Of a stretch of DNA of 64,000 nucleotides, positions 49,801-61,800 are shown piece by piece. The notes below the pieces were generated by a model. It saw only the letters and a program-made list of their open reading frames with translations, was not told the DNA's origin and made no database searches. The translations under genes were made by a program, and so were the position numbers. The stretch spans positions 29,326,001 to 29,390,000 of the forward strand of contig NC_086380.1 in NCBI RefSeq assembly GCF_036588685.1, in the 5' to 3' direction. The DNA comes from Mytilus trossulus (taxonomy: Eukaryota). Positions within the stretch are counted from its first letter, which is position 1. The number at the start of each line of letters is the position of its first letter.

Positions 49801-52800
49801 TCTGGCGTACTAAACTATAATCCTGGTACCTTTGATAACTATATGACGTATTTATAATGATAAGTTCAGTATGGTGCCAATCGAACATTTAGTTGTTTTG
49901 CAAGCCTTTTCATCATGTTAATATTTGTTTTTATTGATTAAAAAAGACGAAAAGCGAAAATATTAACCTATACGATCAGTTCAAGAAACAGTTTATAATA
50001 CCGATTACATTATAATTCGTTCAAACTGATATATGATTTAAAGCACTGTTTATACCAGTTTCTTTCTTGATGTGGAGCTTTAATCTAAAATTCTAATATG
50101 ACGTGATTCTATCGCTTTATAAACAAACCCATGCTCGGAAACCAATACAATTTGTTTGAACATACGTATTTTGACTACTGCAGAACAATAACTTTAATAT
50201 ATTTTATTTAGTTTAAACACTTTTTAAAACTATGTAATGATGGACACGTTGTAAATAAAAGATATACAATAAATTCAATGTATTACAATTAAAAATCGAC
50301 ATATTTGACCTAGATACGACAATGTTCATGTTGGCTGTTCAAATTCCTTCGTTCTGAAAAAGACATTACATGTAACATGCTTTTTTACTTAAAAAGGAGT
50401 TTCATGAAAGAGCCTACAAAAACGCTATACACTGATAAACATCAGACATGGACAGTGGCGTAACTGTCCTCATCAAAATCCAAATAATTGATGCAAGCTA
50501 TCGTTCGGGTAAAAATAATCACGAATATGATTATTTCTTTACTATGCTTTGAATATTTTTTTGTAATATCAATGTTAGATAAAGGTTCCTCAACATGACG
50601 GCCTGATTTGGCGAATAAATGCAATACAAATATAATTGTTACATTACTTCATACAGATATCCAATAAAGTAAATGGTAGTCACTCTAGTAAATACTCTTT
50701 CAAAGACATATCAACATTACTGGTCTTTATTATACATTGTTATACCACTTTTATTACCATTCTTATGCCAATTTTATTTGTTGAAAAATAATTAAAAAAA
50801 AAAACAACAGCAAAGCAAATGAATTTGAATCTTAAATATATTTTAGTTATATAAGAAGGGTCGAACACGACTCAACTTATTTCTGAAATATACTTGACCA
50901 AATCTGAACCATAATTGACCAAATATGAACCATACTTGATCAAATCTGAATCATACTTGACCAAATTTGAACCGTATTGGACAAACTCCGAACCGTATTT
51001 GATCTTTGTGAACCATACCCGATCAATTTCTAGCAGTCCTCGACGTATTCATAATCTTTATCTCTTATTTATTCGGTTTTTATTATTTTTTCCAATAATA
51101 TGTTTGCTAATGTGATTCGTCTATATTCCACTTGGAAATACTTGGATACATATAGCGTGGCTGTGTACTTAAACATCCCGTTATTGTGCTATGTAAAACT
51201 TTTCTGTTGCTTGACTTTCATTTTGTGCGTTGTGTTTACACCTTTTTATGTTTCTTTATTACATATTTAACGTGGCTCAGTACTTATACACCCCTTCATT
51301 GTGTTCTTGTGCTATGGTAAATTTGTGTATTCTTGATAATATGCTTGTTCTTCTTTGTAACATATTTGTTTGTTTTTTTAGTCATTAATATTATAACAGA
51401 AATTATGTTGACTGCGTATATCTGACATTTGTATCGATAAAAAAACGTACTTTATACACAACACTTTGATTCTTGGGAAATGTTACTTGATTAACGCATC
51501 GTTGTAAATGTAATTCCATTTGATGCAAATGTCATTCCAGTGATAGGGTTAGCGCTATAACACGAGGTTCAAACTTCTATTTTCTACATATGAAAATGTC
51601 TGAACCAAGTCAGACATATGACAGATGTTGTCCATTCGTTTTATGTGTTTTATCATTTGATTTTGTGTTTCGATTTGGGACTTTTAGTTTTAAATTTGGA
51701 GTTCATTATTTTTGTGATTTTACCTTTCATTATTCAAGAACAATTGACATGATATATGGGTTTCAATATATGATATCGATAAAGATGTTAAATTATCTAC
51801 ATTAATATATGACATTTCACTTAAAGGATTTGACAACTGCATTTGGTAATGGATTGCGCACTGATTTGGAAGCTTTGTCAAGGTTAAGGGATTTGCCAAC
51901 AGATTGGAAAGAAAAAGGTGAATATTTTTTTTATTGATAATGCTTTAAACATTAGTTGATAATCTTAGTAAAAATGCAGTAGTATCAGAAACAAGTTTAT
52001 AAAAACTTTATACATTACTTATCAAAGAAAATGCATTAAGAATGGGAAGATGCTTATTGATATGGCCTACAATTATAACATTTACAGTTCAGGGTTAAGT
52101 TCGTTCATATTCTAGACATGTTTCATAAATATATTAGACGGCCGTGTTCAGACTAATCGCCATGTACAGAAAACATGTTTACAATTAGTTAAATGTAATG
52201 TAAACTGGTTTCACATTAGATTTGATCACAACTATACACCAGGTTTAACAACCTGTACAAGAGATTTGTTCACATGTGAAAACTACATGTCATAAATTTG
52301 AATTCAAATTTCTCGGACAACTATTCTAGCAGTTATAAAATTATCTTGCGCGTCTTGCGTATCAAATTATAAGCCTGGTACATTTGACAACTATTTAGTT
52401 ATGAGTGAATCGTTCATTGAGTAATGACCAGTGACAAATATGTCAGTAATATCAAAAAGAAATGTTTTACTGCAATAAAAGATAGGATTTATTTACTACA
52501 ACTGTGAAACTCAAGGGAATATGTTTGTTCGACCTATTTTCGTATAAAACCGGATGTGACGTACCATGATTTGATGTGTACTGTTTTCATTACAGTATAT
52601 ATCTCATTTTACTTTAATCGTTTACAATCTGATATACTTAAAAGATATTGAGAAGGCAATCACAAACTCTGATGTCATCGGACTAATATTTTTGACATTA
52701 CTGCGGAAACAGTTTTATTCTGGGGCGACTCAGCTTGTAGACACAGGATTTGTAAGTCAATTGTAAAGTTAAGCTTTAAATGTATAATTTGTTTTTCAAC

Positions 52801-55800
52801 ATCAATGAGTTGAAAAGTTGTATAAAGTTTGTAATTAGTGTCATTAGTAGTAGTACGCACCCTGCATATATATTTATTTATATAATATGCGCTTCTTAAC
52901 ATCGTTCATTTAAACAATTATGGGATAATCCCATTTCTTTTACTATTAACGCATTCAGTTGGTTGAATATTTTAAATAAATTACGAAGCAAGTGAGCAAC
53001 CAAAACCCAATAGTCAAAAGATTTTTTAGATAAATATAAGGAAACATTGATATAAATGAAAATCGGGAAATGTGTCAAAGAGCAGATAACCCGACTAAAG
53101 AGCAGAAAACAGCATAATGCCACCTATGGGTCTTCAATACAGCGATATAATACCGCATCCAAAAGAATGTTTTAGTTGACAAAATTTGGCAAGGTTGAAC
53201 ATGTTTTTGATATCTCATAAATCCCCCTATAGTATACTCTAGCCATGTAGAATGGAACAAACACACATCAGTACGTCCATCAAACTCAGTTTACAAGAAG
53301 TCAAGGTCCGATGTCAGAAAAAGTAATGTAACAAAACAAACTAAACAAAATGACTATGATACATACATTAGGACTACTAGCAGTCAAGCTCCGAACCTAA
53401 ATTAAATTGATTGGAAGACAATGCTGTCATCATATGAACATCTAGAACAATCCTTCCGGTTAAGGGTTGAGTATCATACCATTATAGAATAAATGTGTTT
53501 ATTTCCAATGCAAGTACTTTATAAATGAATAAAAACTAAAGTCAATATATGCCATGTTTAACATGTTTAATGACCTGACAGCTGTATCATAACTATATCA
53601 TTTCTTAATGAATCAACTAATAGTTTTGATTGCCTTTGATGTGAAATCCAACATCGTATTGCTTTGTAAAGAATACCCCCATAAAACATTGGATGTGATA
53701 TACATGAAATAATACGATGTTGATTAATATTTACGAATGATGTATTTGTACCGATGACAATATTTTACCTAGTTTGTGATATGATAAACCCTGGTTTTAT
53801 AGGTTTAAAAAAATATATATGTCTTTTGCTAAAATCTAATTCGTTGTAACATACACGAGGGAATCGTATTAAATAAAATTAATAAACCACACAAGATTTT
53901 GTCAAGGGAACGCCATCAACTAAAAATGGACATTTAACAATTGGAAATGGAAAATCATCTTTTTTATCATAATGTTTTGTATTGACCTTCTCGTTAATGA
54001 TATAGATATTTTACTAACGGAAAAATATTTTCGGTATTTTTTTTAACTTGGTTATGTCAAATTATAAGGCAGAAATATAAACAATGCTTTGTATAATAAA
54101 TGTTATACGGAATAAGTACAGTTATACATAATCAAAAACAGATTATTGAAAAAAAACATCGTTATAAAATATGTATAGTAAATTTAAGATTTGATCAATA
54201 TATTTGGTTTACTCTTGTTTTAATGGGAACTTTAAAGTTTGTATAGCGTGTCCTCATTTAATGACAGAAACAAGTATCAAATCAATGGCGCATAACTATT
54301 TCAAAGACATGAAAAATGTGTTATATTTGAATTTTTTCGAAAGGGAAGGAAGCATTTTAAAAAAAATAAAAATCGTACTTTTTGTATCTTCATCTATTTT
54401 AAAGGTTCGCATTAGTCATATATTAGTCGGATGCAAAATTTTACAAGATGCTAGTGACGATAAGAAGAATGAGCAACTACATAGGGAGACATCACAAAGA
54501 TTAAAACTGTAAGGAAAATATCAAATCAGATGCAATATAGAATGTTTTAAACATTAGAAGGCCGTCTGTCAAATTCTTTTAAGTATCCATATTTCATACT
54601 AGTGTGAATGTTATTTAACGCGTTATTATTTAAGGAGTATTAATTCACAAATTTGACTCTAATTCTTATATTCGACTAGTTACATACTAAAACGAATATC
54701 CAAATTATAAAAAGTTTTTAAAAAATCAAAGAATCGATATTATGTTTTAGCATGTCTTGTTGTTTTATTTCAGTTAAAACTCCTTTTAACCATCAAGGTG
54801 ACATTGACAGATTGTCGACTGTCATAGCATCTGTCGAAAAAACTATTATGTTTTGGAACTGCACATTCAAACACTACAGATGCATATTGGTTTAAAATAT
54901 GTTGTATTTTTGCCCTTTACACAATACGGAAAAGATTCATCTACATCATTGCAAACATGATTTGAAAATGATAATAACCGAAGACTATGAACGGGTTAAA
55001 GATAAGCCATTGATAGGTTCGGTCCATATTTGGTATTCAGAAAATGTTTCTTTATTATAGATATTTTACGGAGCGTGCAACCCTAATTACTGGATTTATT
55101 TACGAGGCCACTTCAAACAACGATTTAATTGAAAATGAACTTGATGAACCGGTCAATCATGCTGGGCGTCTTTTGGTGAACCACGGGTATTTAGAGGATG
55201 CGATTAGAACACAAAACAAGCCATTTCTTGAAAACAAAATCGTAACCGATATCCTGCATAAAATGTGGTACGGGGAAGAGGAATCTGTATTCCGGCAGGT
55301 ATGTTATAATTATGCAAACTAAATATATTGCAAACTTATATATTGTGCAATAGACAATAAACTCAACAACTAAAGTTACCCCGAAAACTCACCCGATTAA
55401 AAATGCAATCTTCAAAAAATTATGAGGTTCTTTTCTTGAGAAAACAGAGGCATGTCGTGTTCCAAACGTGTACATGCTATGATTTGTATTTGCCATTTAC
55501 GACTTATTAATAATTAAAAAAAATGACAGTACTGGATAGTTTTTTTTTAAACTTTGAAAATGGTTTGTTTTATATAATGTACCACCATATTTTTTCAAGT
55601 TTTATATATTCCCTCTTTTCATTTATTGTTCAAATTTTTCACATCTGTATTCAAAATAATAACACATTTGTTCAGCCGATTTACATACACTGTTTTATAG
55701 TTTTATTTTTGTTTGCCAGAATGCTTGATACCCTATATGTATATGGTCCAGCCATTTATTATCATAATATGTGTACGTTTCAGAATATCAAACAGTCTGG

Positions 55801-58800
55801 TGTTTAATTGTGCACATAACTGTAATTGTATTTTCTATTAACGACCTAATATATAACTTCTATAATGACACTACTGGGTACAAATATTTTCTTATTATTA
55901 ACAACCTTTGCAGTATTGTATAGTTAACCACAATCTTCTAAAGTTTGATATTTTCATTTTTTTAAATGATCTACAATTTCAATATAGAACAAAAATAAAT
56001 AAAAAAAAAAGAATTAGACATTCGGCTAACGGTTAAGTTTGTTGTAAACATATATATTTATAGTGGATTGGGAAACAAGTAATTGCAACTTATATTCATC
56101 CCTTTACACTCTGCGGGTGTGAGTGCTGCCTTGTAGCGGCATTAGCCAACTCTTTCAAAATCTACAAGAATGTGCAAGAATTATGGCTTTCTCTTAACAC
56201 AGGTCAACCATTTATCGTCCCCTCCCGACGAACTATCATCGTTCCCTCAAGACCATACTCGCAAATGGTGTCAATGAAGAGCCGGAAATTCAATCCCTGA
56301 AAAGTCGGCTCTCCCTTGACATATGTAAATATATGATGACAAGTCATGTGTAGACAATTCAAATTTTGCTTTTATTTTTTTTTTAATTTTCGTATTTTAT
56401 TTGGTTATTATCATTATGTTTTATCTTTGATATTATAAGTTAGTGATATTGATAAACCAAAGATTCCCTCTTCTTATTATATATGTGTAACCATGCAAGA
56501 TTTTTGTGTACATGAGTATTGTGCCAAACTATCACGTCTGCTAACAGTTCATTTAAATGATAAATAAATGATGAGATTAATTAGATATTTTGTATTCTAA
56601 GGAATCTGTTTTGAATAGTTCTTACAATACGTACGTTATACTTGTTTTACCTTTTGGTTATATATTGAGACGTTTAAACGTCTTTAAAGCTCAGAACATT
56701 TATCTTAGCAGTTGACTGTTTGATGGTTTTAAAGAATTGACTAATTTTATATAATTTACGTTTTTAATATTTTGTGTAGTGTTAATATGGTTAAAAGGCA
56801 GTAGTAATTTACCAAATTGAATGTAATTTGTAAGGGCAAACCCATTCTTGTACGGAATGTGCAACTACATGTACCTGCAAAAACATACTACTTGTGATTC
56901 ATATAAACAAAAAACTGTAAAGATGTCTGTTCGTGTTTAAATTAACAATACATGGGGAAACCTTTTGTGCAAAATAAACACATTGTCATAAGTGCTTAAG
57001 AAGAATTTTTTACTTCCATTATCACTAAAATATAATATTTTAGCTAAGGGACCCGCTGAAAAACGCCTCCGGGTGCGGGATTTTCCGGAGGTATTAAAGA
57101 ACCATTGATGGCTTTAAGCTATATGCCGATATTTGGTCGTATTGTTGTCTTTTTGACACATTCCCCATTTCCATTCTCAATTTCATTAGGTATTTGAAAT
57201 GTATCAGGGAGGTTTATTTTTGGAATGATTAAATTTTGTTCAAAGACAAAATATACAATATGTTCTATATATCACGACACCAACTCGCATTTATAAAGAT
57301 CTGCAGTAATGTTGGGTTAATAATACTTGTATACAACATGTGACTTATTGAAGGGATAATCAAAACCAAAGAGTTGCAAATTTCAAACTAACACCATGTC
57401 AAAACGAAAAAGAACACAGATACACACAACCAAAGGTTACGATACATAAACAACCCTGTGAATGAGTTCACATACTCCGGAACCTCAAACAGTATCTTTT
57501 TAACGTTTTATCATGACAAAGTACAACGAACAACACATGATCTACACTGTAAATATTTAACTCAATGCTCTTTATTTTTTTACTTGTTTGGCTTCATAAA
57601 TATTTTGATATGAGCGTCACTGATGAGTCTGATGTAGACGAAACGCGTGTTTGGCGTTCTTAATTATAATCCTGGTACTATTTAGGTTGGCATTTTCATC
57701 CTGTTGGCCCTGTTACATTTACTTGTGATGCCAGTGTTAATGATCAACATTACAGCTCCTCCTCTTAAATGGTAAGTACTCAATGCATCATTGTAATGAT
57801 TTCTAAAAATGACAACATGCATGAAAAGATTCAAAAATTAGTAAAGGTTTGTATCATAATCTATTGAAAGGGAGAAGAAGATTTTTTTTTTTATTAATCT
57901 TGCATTTGGTGTATTAATGACACCATCTACAATAAAGTTTGGATTGATATGAAATCGATGTGATTACCACAATTACAAATGTAGCTGTCATATCATATTT
58001 TAATTAGTACTTATAAATGTGAACAACCTATTTAAATTATCGTATCAAGTACCATACCTGCTCTACAGTCGGGTTTTTGTCTCTGTGACACATCCCAATT
58101 TCCATTGTCAATATAGTTTACTTCAAATACTACATGCATGTTTTAAATAGATATAGGAAGATGTGGTGTGAGTGCCAATGAGACAACTCTCCATCCAAAT
58201 AACAATTTAAAAATTAAACCATTATAGGTTAAAGTACGGCCTTCAACACGGAGCCTTGGCTAACACCGAACAACAAGCTATAAAGGGCCCCAATATTACT
58301 AGTGTAAAACCATTCAAACGGGAAAACCAACGGTCTAATCTATATAAACAAAACGAGAAACACGTATATATTACATAAACAAACGACAACTACTGTACAT
58401 CAGATTCCTGACTTAGGACAGGTGCAAACATTTGCAGCGGGATTAAACGTTTAAATGGATCCAAACCTTCTCCCTTTTTCTGAAACAATAGCATAACATC
58501 ACAACATAGAAAAATATACGATAACATATCAATTGTCAGACTTAACTCAATCAAAAAACGTATGATTACACAATGAACGAATAAATTTGATCTGCGATAT
58601 CAGAATACAAATGCACAGTTTATTAAGACAAACATTCATGACCAAAAAGCTAAAAAACAAATTCAAACACACTGAGAAATATTTAACCAATCAATGTTCA
58701 CTTTAGAAATAAACCGGTCTGTTAAATGTCTGTATTTCAACATATAACAGTTTAACCTTTTTATAATGTAACTTTATGATGTTTGATGATTACTATGTGT

Positions 58801-61800
58801 GGGTTTTTTGCCATACGTGAAGCTTTTATCTGCCTTCCCTTCCGGAGCACCTATATCACCTCTACTTTTTTATGGGGCTGGTGTTGATTAAACTTTAGTT
58901 TTTTTAAATTTTGTTTCAAGTGAACTATTGTTTGTCTGTTTGGCTTTTTTTCATTTTGAGCCATGACGTTCCAGTTTATTTTCGATTTATGAGTTTCTCT
59001 GTCCCCCTGGTATCTTTCGTCCCTCTTTTAGTAGATGATAATTTTAAAAGAATGTACGTTAAATCAAGGAAATAAAGATATAATGCAGTGTTTTTTGTAG
59101 GTTCTACCGGAAATACAATCTTCCTTTTATGAAAGCCTTGATTCAAATGGTAAGAAATATTTATTTCCTTTAAGGAAACATACGATATACCACCATCTAA
59201 TGGTCAACTGAATGAAAGTTCTATGTAAACATATTTGAAGATTTATTAAGAAATATATATCGATTGACTTTACGAAAAAAAATGTAAATGCAGAAAAATT
59301 AAGATGGGGAAGCTGCATATCAAACGATATATCTAAACTTACATAACAATAAACGATTTCTAAAAGCAGTAATTGAATAGCTTTTTATCGTGATAACAGC
59401 TTAGTATGGTATGCGAGGTTTGTCTCTTATTTATGATTTGAATATGAATTATATAATACTAAATTTATATCAGAAAAATCAATTTAATTTCATACGAGTG
59501 AAGTGAGAGGTTTAGCTAGCTATAATACCAGGTTTAATACACAATGTTCTACATAAGAGAATATATGTACCATTTCTGGAATATGACAGTTTTAACCATT
59601 AAATTGAATGTGTTTTAGCTGTGATGTTGTCTTTTGGTTAGGGACTTTTCTGTTTTAATTTTGGGCGGACTTTTTGTGATTTTACCTTTTTGACAACTTA
59701 AAAGTATATTAACATAAAATTATAGAGCATTTTGTTTTGCAATCGTTAAAGTTGATCTGCTCATATTTTAGCTTGGATACTTGGCTTTGCTGATGATATA
59801 TGCATACATGTTGCTCTTTAACTACATACATGAAGTATTTTCTTGGACAGATGGAATAATAGTAGGGTGGATGATCAGTTTTTTGCTCAATGAAATTAAG
59901 CAGGTATATAAAATAGTTGTATTGTTTTTAAATTCTTTTTTTAAAGAAAAAAGTATCTGCTATGATTTAATAGTTGCAATAGAACCTTGCGTACATTTGA
60001 ACCAAAAAGTATGAGTCTCCGTGAAATACTTCTAGTAATTCTGACACCAAACTATGTGTCATACGACAAGACTTACTTTACTGTATGCATTGTTTAGCCT
60101 ATATACCATAATTAAAAAAAATACAAATCTGTCCATTCAATGACATAGATGTTTCTAAGTGAGATTTTCTTTTCAAATGCATTTAAGTTTTCGGTCTACG
60201 GTTTATTTATAGTTTGAGCACAATAGTAATTAATCATGATTAAAATGTCTGAAATCATTACCCAGTGGCAATAAAAATGTACTGTAATTGCAAGAAACAA
60301 TCACCAATAAATTGCTTTGGTGTATGAAATATAAAACTCCATTTGTATGTGATAAGGGGTATAATATGTGTTTTACCAGATTTTTCTAGCATGGAAACGC
60401 TACTTAGGGGAAATAATTGTATTATCTCTTTTGTTGACATAACCATGATTTTAAATGTCTAAAAAGGGAATCTGAATTAAATATTATAACCTCCCTCGTG
60501 TATAGATGAAGCGGTTATATTTCTTTCGAAAATATATGGTCATTTGATTATTTAATAGAGTAAAGGTATGCATACTTTTAATGTGATCATAAGAGCTAGC
60601 ACGAAGAAAGCACGAAATCTTCTAGAAAACAAAACACGAACACACAAAAGTAAATGCATGATTTCAAATTCTTTGTAACCACTTTGTTGTCATTACGAAA
60701 CTCATGTTATTTCTTCACTGAAGCAATATATTTTGAAAAAATCACATAAGTCATGTTAGTTTTTTCGAAAGTTACATGATGTCAAATCTACTAGAATGTT
60801 CTATTTCAGTGTAATAAATGGAAGAATGGATAGTTTTTGGTTTATTCCTACCAATGATTCTAAGTGAAATTCTAAGATGAAAAAAAACCGATTACTGTCA
60901 AATAAATTTAAGATCAGACATGTTTTAAGTAAGACATACACATTCATAGTACTCAAAATAGCAACATCAATGTTGATAGTACGAGCAAACGGTATTTCAT
61001 ATACACAGTGTTTTATTCATGTATATACAAATCAATAATATAGTTTTAAGTTACACTTTGGTTTTTGAAGGCAATTGTTTCAGCTATAAGACATAGATTT
61101 AAACGGTATATGTGTAATGTATGGAACCTCTTAGATTGGACTGTCATGCTTGTGTACGCAATTGGAATGTTTTTAAAATTGGGAAAGGATGTTACATATG
61201 AAGACTCGACAAAAATATTATTGGTTTTAACTTTTATTCTACTCAGCATTCGCATATTAAACATGTTTAGCATATCTGAATATCTTGGACCGAAACTTGT
61301 GATAATTCAGAAAATGGTAAGATTAATTTAACATATTGACAGAAGAAAACAACAATACTCCCCAAAAAAGACACGTCATCATAATTTTATTTGACAATTA
61401 TTCCACTTTAAAAATGCTGATTAATTGCAATAAACTTGTCCAGTTTTAAGAACTTTTGTGCTGACTTGAAATATATATGTTCCGCTTCTGTGAATTTAGA
61501 GTTTATACAATGTTGCAATCTTGAATTCAACAGAGTAATCTAAACAGAAAGATTATCAAAAGAGCACAACTTTCACAAACGTTCGGTAGTTAAAGCCTTG
61601 AACGTCATTATGTTTGATACATTGTGAGTCTTCAGCAGGCAAACCACTTGTCTGCGGCACCAAATCATACACATGGTTTCTGTAATAAGGTTTGCTGACA
61701 GCGAAATACCAGTATTTTGTATTATATGCACAGTTGTCTATATTGCATACTGTGGTCACAGTAAGGCATGACTACAGTTATTTTATTACAGGCTTTTGTT

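Noticed and set aside
50396-50465. Possible extra channel exon
   Set aside because: The frames examined hit stops before a usable donor, and flanking exons 49508-49636 and 51827-51917 already join in phase.
50889-51016. CRISPR-like array (also considered for the 168-bp repeats)
   Set aside because: Contiguous tandem units with no unique spacers, no cas genes, eukaryotic context.
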